Shown: positions 43,298 to 53,779, counted from the first letter of the stretch. The stretch: 64,000 bases of DNA from an uncultured Clostridium sp. (GCF_934754925.1 NZ_CAKVJA010000001.1:226137-290136), one strand, 5' to 3'. Numbers and translations are program-made. Notes: generated from the letters alone by a model not told the origin.

Positions 43298-44542
43298 TTA
43301 ATTCTCAACCATTTCTATAGTAGCTCTGGATGCTCCTTTACTTAAATAATATCTATATGGTTTAATTTTATTTATTACATTATTAATAAAAGTATTTAAG
43401 TTACTTTCTTTAAGACTATTATCAAAAATATATTTTGCAAAATTATCAATTTGATCTAAACAGGTTATTGCTAAAGATTTTCTTATATTATAACCGCTAT
43501 TTATTACTTTATTAAAATCATTATATATATTTTCATTTAATAAGTCTAAATCTAATAAAGCAAACCTTAAACAACCTTGAAATCTATTTGGTATATTAGT
43601 TAAATCAACTATTTTATTATATGGCGCACAGTTTAATTCTCCTGGTAGTGGACCTGCCCCATGTCTTGTTAAATAACTTCTAGTTACATAAATAACTTCA
43701 ATATTAACTTTATTTTTTGCTTCATTTGAAAATTCACTATAAACTTCATTCAAAAGTTCAATTACATTTTCTATACCTGTTTTTGAGTGAGTTACATGAG
43801 GGAAGTACTTATAGTTTTCATGGAGCATTAAACCTTGAGCGCCTTCAAATATTAACGTTGTGAATTTCCTATTTATTTCTTTAAATGATGTTATTTTGAT
43901 ATCTTTTATAAAATCCTATATATCTTCAATAAAATTAAATATCAAGTTATTATTTTCAAGTATGCTCTTAAATTCATTGTCAATGTTATTTACTCCAAGT
44001 TCCTTTAACCTTTTATTAACATAATGATTTTTAATATCCATTAATATCTCATAAACTTTAGTTTTATTAAGATTTATATCTAATATATCTTTAACTTTTA
44101 ACTTAAACCTATCTTTTGAGTTTCTAACTAATGTTTCATTAAACCCCAAACCACAACTACCATGATTATTTTTACCTCTAAAAATCTCAACAATTTGATT
44201 TATAATCATATCATAAGGGGTAGTTATTAAACATTCATCATCTACATATATTTGAGGATTTAATCCTATCTTCATTAACTCATTCAATTCCTTTAAAAAA
44301 GATAATGGATTAACTACAAAGTATTTACTTAAAAATGTTGGTGTATTATTAAAGGTTCCACTTCCAAAATGACCAAAAACATGTCTATTTCCATCTGGAG
44401 TCACTACTGTATGCCCAGCTTGAGCCCCTGAATTAAATCTAACTACAATTGGATTATCACATTTATTACAAAAATAATCTGTCATTAATCCTTTTCCCTC
44501 ATCTCCAAAGTTTGCACCTATTATTACCTTTACCTCTTTCAT
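43298..44542 (-). pseudogene. Divergent adenylosuccinate-synthetase-like gene interrupted by one in-frame TAG (43916-43918)
   Basis: GANFGDEGKG, GAQAGHTV, then IEDI*DFIK...FEGAQGL, FPHVT, TRHGAGP in a single continuous frame of about 414 codons. Confidence 0.85.
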
Positions 44543-44715
44543 TAATCCATACCTCCATAAATTATTTTTATACTAAAATCTCAAAAATCCTATTTTCCTT
44601 TTTCTTTATGCCTTAAAATCATGGCTAGTATAATTTTCATAATAGTTTCTTGGTTCATTATTTCTATATAAAAACTCTCTTCCATTAAATCTTTGTAATG
44701 TTTCTACTATAAGTT

Positions 44716-45606
44716 CTACCAGTTTTCATTAAACTTATAAACTTGTGCTGGGCGATAGGGCTTTCCTTCAAGCTTTTCATCAGTTTCAACTATCATATTT
44801 CCAATTTTTCTTCTAAAGTTCAATAACTCTTTTCCCATTATAGCTTCATAAACATATTGAAGTTCTTTTACAGTAAAAAGCCTAGGTAATAAATTAACTG
44901 CTATTGGAGTATACTGAATCTTATTTCTTATCCTATCAATTGCATAGTCTAATATTTTATAGTGATCAAAGGCTAATTCATCATTGCTACTATTTAGAAA
45001 TTTATAGCTTACTTTCTTTTGCCTAAAAATATTTTTCTCTAATATTTCAGTTACTTCATAATTTATTTTTATTTTATCATCTTCTGAAGCAAGACTTAAT
45101 AAATATCTCTTTTTAATATCAGTGGTAAAGTTTTCAGTACTAATTAGTTTTTTATTTATCCAAAACCATTGAACTTCCTTGGCATCATCACCAGCAATTG
45201 GTTTTACACTATTCTTTGAAATTAGTGCAACATTACCAACACTTATAACTCTAGTTCTTGGGTCCCTATTAATTTCACCAAAAGTATAAAGTTGCTCAAA
45301 ATAGACTTTATCTATTCCTGTTTCCTCTTTTAATTCTCTTTCTGCTCCTTCTTGTAGACTTTCATTCATTCTCACAAATCCACCTGGAATAGCCCATTTT
45401 TCAATAAAAGGATGTTCTTTTCTTTTTATCAATAATACTTGCATTCCTTTTCTAGGAACTTTACGTATATTCTCTTCTTCTTTATCTTCTGTTGTAAAAA
45501 TAATAATATCATTAGTAACACTAGGTCTTTCATACCTTGCTGGATTATATGCTTTAATAAACTCTTCTTCTGTTAATCCATCTTTATCTTTTATATTAAC
45601 TTTCAT
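44716..45606 (-). CDS. NrtR-like Nudix + winged-helix regulator
   Basis: YERPSVT, PGGF...E...ERELKEETG, EQLYTFG...RDPR, LAFDH, LLP..FT..EL..VYE...NFRR. Confidence 0.85.
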   Translation of the reverse strand: MKVNIKDKDGLTEEEFIKAYNPARYERPSVTNDIIIFTTEDKEEENIRKVPRKGMQVLLIKRKEHPFIEKWAIPGGFVRMNESLQEGAERELKEETGIDKVYFEQLYTFGEINRDPRTRVISVGNVALISKNSVKPIAGDDAKEVQWFWINKKLISTENFTTDIKKRYLLSLASEDDKIKINYEVTEILEKNIFRQKKVSYKFLNSSNDELAFDHYKILDYAIDRIRNKIQYTPIAVNLLPRLFTVKELQYVYEAIMGKELLNFRRKIGNMIVETDEKLEGKPYRPAQVYKFNENW

Positions 45607-45703
45607 AATTTATTTTTAGTGAAAGAGTATATGACAAGTGACAAACTCTCACCAAATCCTCCAATCTTTATTGTTGTTGACTTTTTAGTATTTAACAAGT
45701 TAT

Positions 45704-46087
45704 TTATATATCAAATTTAGATGTATATGTTCCTTGATGAAAAAACATTTTCCATTTCCCATCAATATATTTCCATATTGTACTACGAAGAGAATATTTT
45801 TTATTTTCATTCGGTTCATTGTGTTTTATCACTTTATACATTGCTAAAATACAATCATCTGATAATTCCTTTATTTTAAAATCTATAATTTGCCAAAACA
45901 ATTCTTTGTTATCATCTTGCTCTTGAAATACATCACCATTTTTATAATGATATATATTTCCATTACTACAAAACTCAATAAAACAATCTGCTAATATATT
46001 ACTTATCCTTTGTGCCGATTTTCTTACTTCTGATTTTAATAAATCACTTTCTAATTGTAATATGTGTTCTCTAATTGAATACATCAT
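45704..46087 (-). CDS. DUF4440 / NTF2-like protein
   Basis: LADCFIEF, SLRSTIW, WKMFFHQGT. Confidence 0.85.
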   Translation of the reverse strand: MMYSIREHILQLESDLLKSEVRKSAQRISNILADCFIEFCSNGNIYHYKNGDVFQEQDDNKELFWQIIDFKIKELSDDCILAMYKVIKHNEPNENKKYSLRSTIWKYIDGKWKMFFHQGTYTSKFDI

Positions 46088-46273
46088 TATCACCCCATAT
46101 TCAAATTTAAATTTTGAATAACATAATTTGTTCACTACTTAGCTAAAGTTAGTATGATCATGATATTATCCTTTATATTAACTGTAATTCTATTATTTGT
46201 AAATAATTTTCAAAAAAATTATCTCAAAGTATAATCTAAATACTAAATTACACCTTGAGATAAAATTAAATAT

Positions 46274-46891
46274 TTATCTAATAAAATTTGTTCTTTCAAC
46301 TGGAACTAATTCAGGAAGTGGAACATTTTTAGCTGCTTCTTTACACTTAATTAAATAGGCCATATTTCTTGCTAATACCTTCATTGTTCTAACACCTTCT
46401 AAATCTTGTACAACCTCTTCTGGAGTATTTCCATGTATTTGATTCCAATAAACAGATGATACTATAGGCATTTCATTTATTGTAAAGTATTTATTTAATT
46501 GATCAAAGGCAGCACTAGCTCCTCCTCTACGACATGAAACAATACTTGCTCCAAACATATGTCTTAAGTAATTCTTATCTGTTGAATAAAAAAGCCTATC
46601 TAAAAATGAAGTTGCCGCTCCACTTGCTGCAGCATAATGAACAGGAGAACCTACAATAAAACCATCCGCACTCTCCATCTCTTTACTTACTTCATTAACT
46701 AAATCATCATGGACACATTTGCCAAGCTTTCTACATGCATTGCATCCAATACATCCTATTACTGGCTTATTTCCAACCTCATAGAATTTAACTTCTATTC
46801 CCTCATTAATCAACTCATTTTCAATTATTTTTAATGCTGTATATGTGCATCCTTTCGATTTCGGACTTCCATTAAGTAATATTACCTTCAT
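46274..46891 (-). CDS. Iron-sulfur flavoprotein / flavodoxin family
   Basis: NGSP, CIGCNAC....C, GSPVHYA. Confidence 0.9.
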   Translation of the reverse strand: MKVILLNGSPKSKGCTYTALKIIENELINEGIEVKFYEVGNKPVIGCIGCNACRKLGKCVHDDLVNEVSKEMESADGFIVGSPVHYAAASGAATSFLDRLFYSTDKNYLRHMFGASIVSCRRGGASAAFDQLNKYFTINEMPIVSSVYWNQIHGNTPEEVVQDLEGVRTMKVLARNMAYLIKCKEAAKNVPLPELVPVERTNFIR

Positions 46892-47019
46892 TCAAAACTC
46901 TCCTATAACAATTTTCTATAAAAATTATATAAAAACTTTATTTAATTTATAACCATTAAATTATTAGTTATATTAATTATCAAAGTTTTAAACTTATCTA
47001 AACCCCATCAGTTTAACTC

Positions 47020-47868
47020 TTAATACTTTTCTATTATACTTTGAGTACCATAATCTCCAAAGCCATTTTTCTCTAATTCCTCATACATTTCTAATACCTT
47101 ATTAAGAATAGGTAAATCTTCACCCTTTTCTTCCATAACTTCCTTAGCTATTTTCATATCCTTTATAAAATGCTTATTAAAGAATCCAGGTGCATAATCT
47201 TTTTCAATCATCTTATAGCCATTGTTTTGAAGTTGCCAACTTCCAGCAGCTCCTTTTGATATAGCATCTAAAACAATTTTAGGATCTAAACCAGATTTTT
47301 TAGCATAAGTAATTGATTCCGCTACTGCAGCTACTGTACCTGCTATAGCAACTTGATTACATGCCTTACAGTTTTGTCCACTACCTGCTTCACCTAAATA
47401 AATTATATTTTTACCCATACATTCAAATATACTATACATATATTCAAAATCCTCTTTATTTCCACCTACCATAATTGATAATGTAGCATTTTGTGCACCT
47501 ATATCCCCTCCTGATACAGGTGCATCTAAAACATGAAATTTATTACCTAATTCATATAATCTTTTAGCAAGAATCGGCGATGAAGTAGTCATATCAACTA
47601 AGTAAGCTCCTTCTTTTGCATATTGAAAGATTCCTTCATTCCCTAAATAAACCTCTTCAACATCCTTTGGATAACCTACAATAGTAAATATTGCATCTGC
47701 ATTTTCTACACATTCTTTAATACTCTCTTTAACCGCTATTCCAAATTCCTTTAATGGTTCACATTTTGAAATTGTTCTGCTAAAAACAGAAACATTATGC
47801 CCATTCTTTGCTAAATTTTTAGCCATAGCACTTCCCATGACTCCTGTTCCAATCCAAGCTATATTCAT
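47020..47868 (-). CDS. Beta-hydroxyacid (3-hydroxyisobutyrate-type) dehydrogenase
   Basis: WIGTGVMG, LDAPVSGGD, KACNQ, HFIKDM. Confidence 0.92.
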   Translation of the reverse strand: MNIAWIGTGVMGSAMAKNLAKNGHNVSVFSRTISKCEPLKEFGIAVKESIKECVENADAIFTIVGYPKDVEEVYLGNEGIFQYAKEGAYLVDMTTSSPILAKRLYELGNKFHVLDAPVSGGDIGAQNATLSIMVGGNKEDFEYMYSIFECMGKNIIYLGEAGSGQNCKACNQVAIAGTVAAVAESITYAKKSGLDPKIVLDAISKGAAGSWQLQNNGYKMIEKDYAPGFFNKHFIKDMKIAKEVMEEKGEDLPILNKVLEMYEELEKNGFGDYGTQSIIEKY

Positions 47869-48091
47869 TTTTACCTCCAAATCTTTCATTAAATATAAAT
47901 TATTTTACACCATTATAATAATTTTATCATTTTTATTTATTATTTTCCATTTATATTTAAACATCAAAAATCCCCATAGAATAAATTCTACAGGGAAAAT
48001 CTATTTCTAGCTGCTAGATTTTTTCTTAAAAGCTTATAATATAAACTATCATTTGTATTTAATAACATTTTTATTATTCAATTTTAATAGT

Positions 48092-48883
48092 TTATTTGCA
48101 AACTTTTCTATTTTCATCAAATCCATATTGAAGATAATGATCCACCCCAGATACAAAGGTGCCTTTTTTAACTGCAGCTTCTACATCAGGATTAAGCTCT
48201 AGATACTCACCTTCATTATATTCTTTTGGAATGGGTGGCAATGGTAATCTTCCTTCCTTCTTTCCATAATCAACATAGTGTTTATAAGGGTTATCCTTAT
48301 AGATTGGACTCTTAGCTACATCTGGATACTTTTTTAGATACCAATTCTTACTGAATACATACATAGAATAGTTCATCTCCTTATCATAACCATACTTACC
48401 TTCTAATTTATTTTTAAAGGAAGTCCATCTGTTCCAATTATTTTCTGACCAATTAGGACATATCTTACGACTTGTATCATAATGTCTTACAACATTGCTG
48501 CTAGCAATGTTATATCTGTTTTGTAAATACTTAACTAATTCTAATGCATTATTCTCTGTTGTTTCAGATATAATACCATTATAATTACAACACATTTCTA
48601 TGGAAATAGAATTTTGATTAGTAATACCATATATACCATGACCATCCCCAATAGACCAAGCAGCATTAAATTCTTCTACTGATTGCCAGATAGAATTATC
48701 ATCTACAAAATAATGTGCACTTGAACTTCTATCTCCACCATAAAAATAATCAACATTATTCTTAGCTGTATCACCCTTATTTGCAGTATAATGAAGAACT
48801 ATATACTTAACACTATTACCATTTCTACTTGAATAATTAAAAGAACTTATTTTCCTTTGTATTGGTAACATTATATACATCAC
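48092..48883 (-). CDS. N-acetylmuramoyl-L-alanine amidase (Amidase_2) with two C-terminal repeats
   Basis: IVLHYT, SAHYFVD, SISIEMC, RHYD..RKICP. Two YL..xPDV...HY..YG..E.R repeats. Confidence 0.9.
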   Translation of the reverse strand: MMYIMLPIQRKISSFNYSSRNGNSVKYIVLHYTANKGDTAKNNVDYFYGGDRSSSAHYFVDDNSIWQSVEEFNAAWSIGDGHGIYGITNQNSISIEMCCNYNGIISETTENNALELVKYLQNRYNIASSNVVRHYDTSRKICPNWSENNWNRWTSFKNKLEGKYGYDKEMNYSMYVFSKNWYLKKYPDVAKSPIYKDNPYKHYVDYGKKEGRLPLPPIPKEYNEGEYLELNPDVEAAVKKGTFVSGVDHYLQYGFDENRKVCK

Positions 48884-49007
48884 CTCTCATTTATCATACT
48901 ATGAAAGCAATTTCACAGTTGTGCTAATAGTGTTAAATAAATTAGCAAAATATTAATATAAAAAAATATGTAGTATATTTTTTAGCTCTACTACATATTT
49001 TTTATAT

Positions 49008-49695
49008 TTATCTTTCACTACTAGATATTACACAAAAAGCTCCCTTATCCTCATACTCTTTAACTCCTTCAACTATAGAAACCTTCATTGCTCCACCTGC
49101 TGGTCTCATGTTAGGATCTCTATAAAGAATATTTTTTGCAGCTTCATCAAAATCTAACTCATTAAAATGTTCATTAGCTTTCCATTGCCATATTATTTCA
49201 CCTTCCCAATTAACTTCAATTATTTTATCATCTAAAAGTAATTGTTGTGATATCTCACTGTTTATAATATTTTCATGACATAAAATTAATGTATTTCCTC
49301 TATCAACAAGTGGTTCACTATTAGGTGAATAATAACCAACTGAACTACCTTCTCTTTGATAATCATGATGCTGTCTTGCCATCCATTGTGGTATTTCACC
49401 TTTATCTTCTATATACTCTGTTTTATTAAACTTCCAAACAATCTTACCTTCTAAATCTACTTGAATTAAATCAAGCATATCTTGCATACCCTTTCTCCTG
49501 TACTTCCAATTACAAAACCACCTAGTAAAAGTTTATTAGGAAAGCCTTTTAACCCCTTCCATAATTGACCTCTCTACCATTCATATCTATTAGTAATGCG
49601 CCTAAATCATTTACTTGTAATAAGGTATATCCTCCCCATGCCTTTTCCTTGTTATATACTGTTACTCCTGTTGGATAAATAGTTGGATGACCTAT
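49008..49695 (-). pseudogene. Aryl-sulfate sulfotransferase, degraded
   Basis: (ATA)GHPTIYPTGVTVYN after a GGAGG SD. Frameshifts near 49565 and 49490. ARQHHDYQREG present. A large internal deletion joins RPAGG to a C-terminal piece. Confidence 0.8.
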
Positions 49696-49723
49696 TTTTA
49701 ATTCCTCCCTTAATATACATTAT

Positions 49724-50035
49724 TTATTTGCCTTTTCATAAAAAGATCTATCAACCCATGAATTTATATCAAAATCTTTAGATATGATATGATTATTTAG
49801 CATAAAATCCTTACTTTCTTCTAATTTTTTTATTGAATCTTCTGTAATATCTAAAGAAATAAAGTCAAATTTATTATCATCCCTCACTCCAACCAGTAGT
49901 TACTACAGCATCTACAGAATTACCTTGTAACGCTGATTCAGCATCTGTAGTATTTATTAATTCAACTTCATCTAATTTTATACTGTTCAAAGCTAATATC
50001 TCGTAAATATACTTATGGCATATATGTTCCCTTTT
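49724..50035 (-). pseudogene. Sulfonate-type ABC substrate-binding protein fragments
   Basis: EVELINTTDAESALQGNSVDAVV and DFMLNNHIISKDFDINSWVDRSF. No start codon or signal peptide after the SD. Confidence 0.65.
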
Positions 50036-50159
50036 ATTTCTCCTTTCAAATAAAATAAGGAGGCTAAAATTATAAATTTTAAACTAATAAAATTTATAAG
50101 ATTAACCTCCAGTTTTTCTGGTCAATTAATTGTATAATCATTATTTAATTCCTCTTCTC

Positions 50160-51191
50160 TTAAATTGTATATTCTACTGAAATATCCTCAGTATCAAAAA
50201 AGTGTTTATATACTTGTTTCTTAATAGTTGCAAAATCATAACTACTTCTATCTCTTGGTTTACCAATGTCTATATTTATAATTTCTTTTATTTTACCTGG
50301 TCTAGAAGACATTACTATTATTCTATCAGCTAAATAAATAGCTTCTTCAATATCATGAGTAACCATAATCATTGTAGTTTTTTCTCTTTACCAAATTTTC
50401 AAAATTTCGTTTTGTAATTGAATTTTAGTTAAAGCATCTAATGCTCCAAAAGGTTCATCTAATAATAATACTTTTGGATTATTTATTAATGCTCTTGCAA
50501 TTGCTGCTCTTTGTGACATTCCTCCTGACAATTGATTTGGATATGCATTTTCGAACTCTTCTAATTTTACCATTTTTAGATGCTCTCTAATTAATTTATC
50601 ATTTTCTTCTTTATTACTTTTATCTAAACCTAATGATATATTATCTGTTATAGTTAACCATGGAAACAACCTATGCTCTTGAAAAATCATAGCTCTATCT
50701 TTATCTGGACCGCATATTGTTTTACCATCTAATGATATTCCAAGTCCTAGTTTTAAACCAACAAATATTGAAGGAATTGCTGAAGGTAAATATATCTTTG
50801 TAAATAATTTGAAATTACTTAAATTATACATTTTGCCTACTTCTATTAGCTTAGGATCTGTGCTAGTAATACCACTTATGGTATTAATAAGTATAGGAAA
50901 AAATGCCGCTAACACAATAACAATAATTTTTGAGCTTTCCCCAATTCCAAACCATAATACTATTAGAGGAATCCATGCAAGCATTGGTATTTGTCTAATA
51001 GATGTAAGAGTTAAATAGAAAAATGAATTTATATTTTTATTTATCCCCATCAATACTCCTAAAGTAACACCTAATTGAATTACTTTTCCATCTTGTACAA
51101 CTAAAGTTAATGTTCCATACTTAATTTCATTTAGAATATTTAATATCACATTTAAGCTTTCACTTGATAAGTTACTTTTTACCTTATTCAT
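50160..51191 (-). pseudogene. Chimeric relic: YezD (DUF2292) + sulfonate ABC permease + ABC ATPase, with in-frame TAA at 50388
   Basis: KYGTLTLVVQDGKVIQ | RQIPMLAWIPL...LPSAIPSIF | FQEHRLFPWLT, LSGGMSQR, LLLDEPFGALD, KIW*REKTTMIMVTHDIEEA. Walker A is absent. Confidence 0.85.
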
Positions 51192-51221
51192 TATAATGCC
51201 CCCTTTATAATAAAATTCAGT

Positions 51222-51244
51222 TTTCCTATAGGTTTACTAGAAAT
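51222..51244. promoter_or_regulatory. Candidate CymR/Rrf2-type operator
   Basis: Imperfect palindrome TTTCCTATAGGTTTACTAGAAAT about 30 nt upstream of a sulfur-acquisition operon. Confidence 0.45.
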
Positions 51245-51488
51245 TATATTATCCATTATATGTAGAACTCTTTTCCTGTTAACACCTTTAATGTATCTTA
51301 TTGGAATTTATACTTATTAAATAAAAAAACTCAAGAAATTTTTATAATTTCTCAAGTTTATCCTCTTTATCTCAATAAATATTATTTTTTAATTTACTTC
51401 TTTTATAGTATCTAAGTATATTGACTCCAATACATCAACATATTTAACACAAACTAATCAATAAATATTTTTTATGCACTAATATAAC

Positions 51489-51899
51489 CTAGATTATTAT
51501 TCCTTCAAAATGGTCAATTTCATGTTGGATTATTTGTGCTGTAAATCCTTTAAATATCTGTCTTTGCTTATTAAAGTTTCTATCTAAATATTCTACTTCT
51601 ATTTTTTCATATCTAGTTGTTTTTCTAAATCCAATTAATGATAAACAACATTCCTCAGTATCATAACTGTTCTCTTTATTTAATATAACCGGATTTATCA
51701 TAGGTATAATAAGATCACCTATAGTAAATACTAGTATACGTTTTTTAACCCCTATCATATTAGCAGCCATACCAACACAATATTCTAAATTTGCCCTTAA
51801 TGTATCTACCAAATCATCTATAATAGCTATATCTTCTTTAGTAGCCGGCTCTGATTTTTGACTTAAAAACACTATATCTTTAACAATTGGTTTTATCAT
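51489..51899 (-). CDS. def: Peptide deformylase (short type)
   Basis: GMAANMIG, ECCLS, QHEIDHFEG. Confidence 0.88.
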   Translation of the reverse strand: MIKPIVKDIVFLSQKSEPATKEDIAIIDDLVDTLRANLEYCVGMAANMIGVKKRILVFTIGDLIIPMINPVILNKENSYDTEECCLSLIGFRKTTRYEKIEVEYLDRNFNKQRQIFKGFTAQIIQHEIDHFEGIII

Positions 51900-51920
51900 T
51901 TTGTTTCAACCTTTCTAAAT

Positions 51921-52385
51921 TTAATACTCTATATTATTATCATTACACCACTTAATAGCTAACTTTCTTTCAGCATCTTCTCTATAATCATACCACTTAT
52001 TAATAAGACCTTCATTTTCAATTGATTGCCTTAACTCTCTAAAAGAATCTTTACTATTTAATATTTTATTCCTTAATTCTATATCTTCTATATTATTACA
52101 AAATTCAATCATCATACTATATTCATTAATATCATCATAAGATGGAAGTTGAATATAGTCACTTGGATTTTCTCTAAAATCATGAAGTGAAAGTATAAGT
52201 TCCTTTTCCCACTCTTCAAAATTATCTAAATTATGTATATCATCAGCTTTGTAAGTTGCAGAGCTACTATCCTCTATATACATTATAACTCCTGTATTTT
52301 TGTTATAGTAATGTTGTAATAATTCTCCTTCAAATTCTATAGCTTCTATTACATCTCTTAGATCTACTTTTAATTTATTGTTCAA
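51921..52385 (-). CDS. UPF0158 family protein
   Basis: YYNKNTG, LP...INEYSMMIEF, WYDYR...KWC. Confidence 0.8.
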   Translation of the reverse strand: MNNKLKVDLRDVIEAIEFEGELLQHYYNKNTGVIMYIEDSSSATYKADDIHNLDNFEEWEKELILSLHDFRENPSDYIQLPSYDDINEYSMMIEFCNNIEDIELRNKILNSKDSFRELRQSIENEGLINKWYDYREDAERKLAIKWCNDNNIEY

Positions 52386-52599
52386 TTATAATCACATCTT
52401 TCCTATTTATTGCTTTTATTTATCATCATTATATTAAATTATTAACAATATCTCAATAAAATATAAAAAGCTGATAAAAATATTATATTAATATAAAAAT
52501 TATATATTTTAAAATAAGAAACATTTAAAGATAAAGATAATAATCATATTATATTTATTTGAGCATATAATTTATTAATTAATAATGGGGGTATTAAAT

Positions 52600-52866
52600 T
52601 TGAGCGAAAATAACAATAATAATCAACTACAAAAATCAAACGGTTCTTATAATAGTTTATCTATTGCAGGTTTTATCCTAGGTATTATCTCTTGCTTTTT
52701 AAACTTCTGGGGAATTGTTGGAATTGTAGCTGTTGTTCTTTCAGCAATAGGTTTGTCCCAAATATATAAAGCTCAAGAAAAAGGAAAAGTATTAGCTATT
52801 TTAGGAATAATATTAGGTGCAATAAATATTATCTATGCAGTTTGTATACTTATTTTCCTAATGTAA
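52600..52866 (+). CDS. DUF4190-like membrane protein
   Basis: LSIAGFILGI...GKVLAILGIILG. Confidence 0.8.
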   Translation: MSENNNNNQLQKSNGSYNSLSIAGFILGIISCFLNFWGIVGIVAVVLSAIGLSQIYKAQEKGKVLAILGIILGAINIIYAVCILIFLM

Positions 52867-52946
52867 CCATGTAAATTAAAACGAAAATTCCATAAGAAAT
52901 TATTTAAACGTATTTCTTATAGGATTTTCGTTTTAATTAACCTTTT

Positions 52947-53762
52947 TTATTTAATTTTTATTTCAAGTTGAATTATAGACTTTTCATCCTCTTTAGAATT
53001 CACCCTGGATAATATAGAAAATTCATTAAAATTACCTATAGGTTCTATATTGTACTTATTAATATGGTCCAACATCATTTTATAGTATTTTAAATTATTT
53101 TTATAGCTATCATCATAATACATAGTAAGGTATTTTCCCTTTTCTAATATTACATTTTCTGTTCCTTCACTTACATTTTCATGCTTATAAAGCATTATAG
53201 CAGTATAAACTACCTTATTCTCTCTTTCTAATATATCTAATGCTGCTTCAAATACTAATTCTGAATTTAACATCCAATTCTCTTTTTCTGATTCAAGTAA
53301 AACCTTTCTTAGATTTAGTTCTATATCTTCTTGATCTTTTAATATACATTTATACTTCTTAACTATTCTTTCATCATTATACTTAATAAATATTTTATTT
53401 TCTTCTATTTTCTTAGTTTCTTTTAATCTATCACCTAAAAAGTTAATATATGATTTAACACTTTCAAGCTCTTGTATCTTATTATCTAATACTTTTCGCT
53501 GTTGATCTATTAATTTCAACATAGAATCTACTGATATTTCATTTTTTAATAACTCTTCTATTTCCTTTAGTGATAATCCTATAACTTTGCACTGCTTTAA
53601 TAAATCAATCTTTATAAATTGATTTACTGAATAATATCTATAATTATTTTGTTCATTTATATAAGCAGGCTTAAGTAGACCCATTTTATCATAATATCTC
53701 AATGTTTGAATTGGAACATTTGTTAATTTAGATATTTCTCCAACTGAAAAATAAGTTTCCAT
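52947..53762 (-). CDS. MerR family (BmrR-like) regulator
   Basis: SVGEISK, TLRYYD, NNYRYY, C-terminal GyrI-like region. Confidence 0.93.
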   Translation of the reverse strand: METYFSVGEISKLTNVPIQTLRYYDKMGLLKPAYINEQNNYRYYSVNQFIKIDLLKQCKVIGLSLKEIEELLKNEISVDSMLKLIDQQRKVLDNKIQELESVKSYINFLGDRLKETKKIEENKIFIKYNDERIVKKYKCILKDQEDIELNLRKVLLESEKENWMLNSELVFEAALDILERENKVVYTAIMLYKHENVSEGTENVILEKGKYLTMYYDDSYKNNLKYYKMMLDHINKYNIEPIGNFNEFSILSRVNSKEDEKSIIQLEIKIK

Positions 53763-53779
53763 ATTAAAAATCTCCTAAG

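Noticed and set aside
43916..43918. Genome-wide TAG recoding or pyrrolysine
   Set aside because: TAG ends full-length genes here (birA, ribH, hydG), no pyl genes are seen, and the region has other nonsense lesions.
43298..44542. PurZ (Z-genome) assignment
   Set aside because: The motif is GDEGKG rather than GSTGKG, and there is no phage context. The MazG and HD genes lie 14-18 kb away, flanking metH.
48092..48883. Prophage, suggested by the lysin-like amidase
   Set aside because: No holin, integrase or structural genes nearby.
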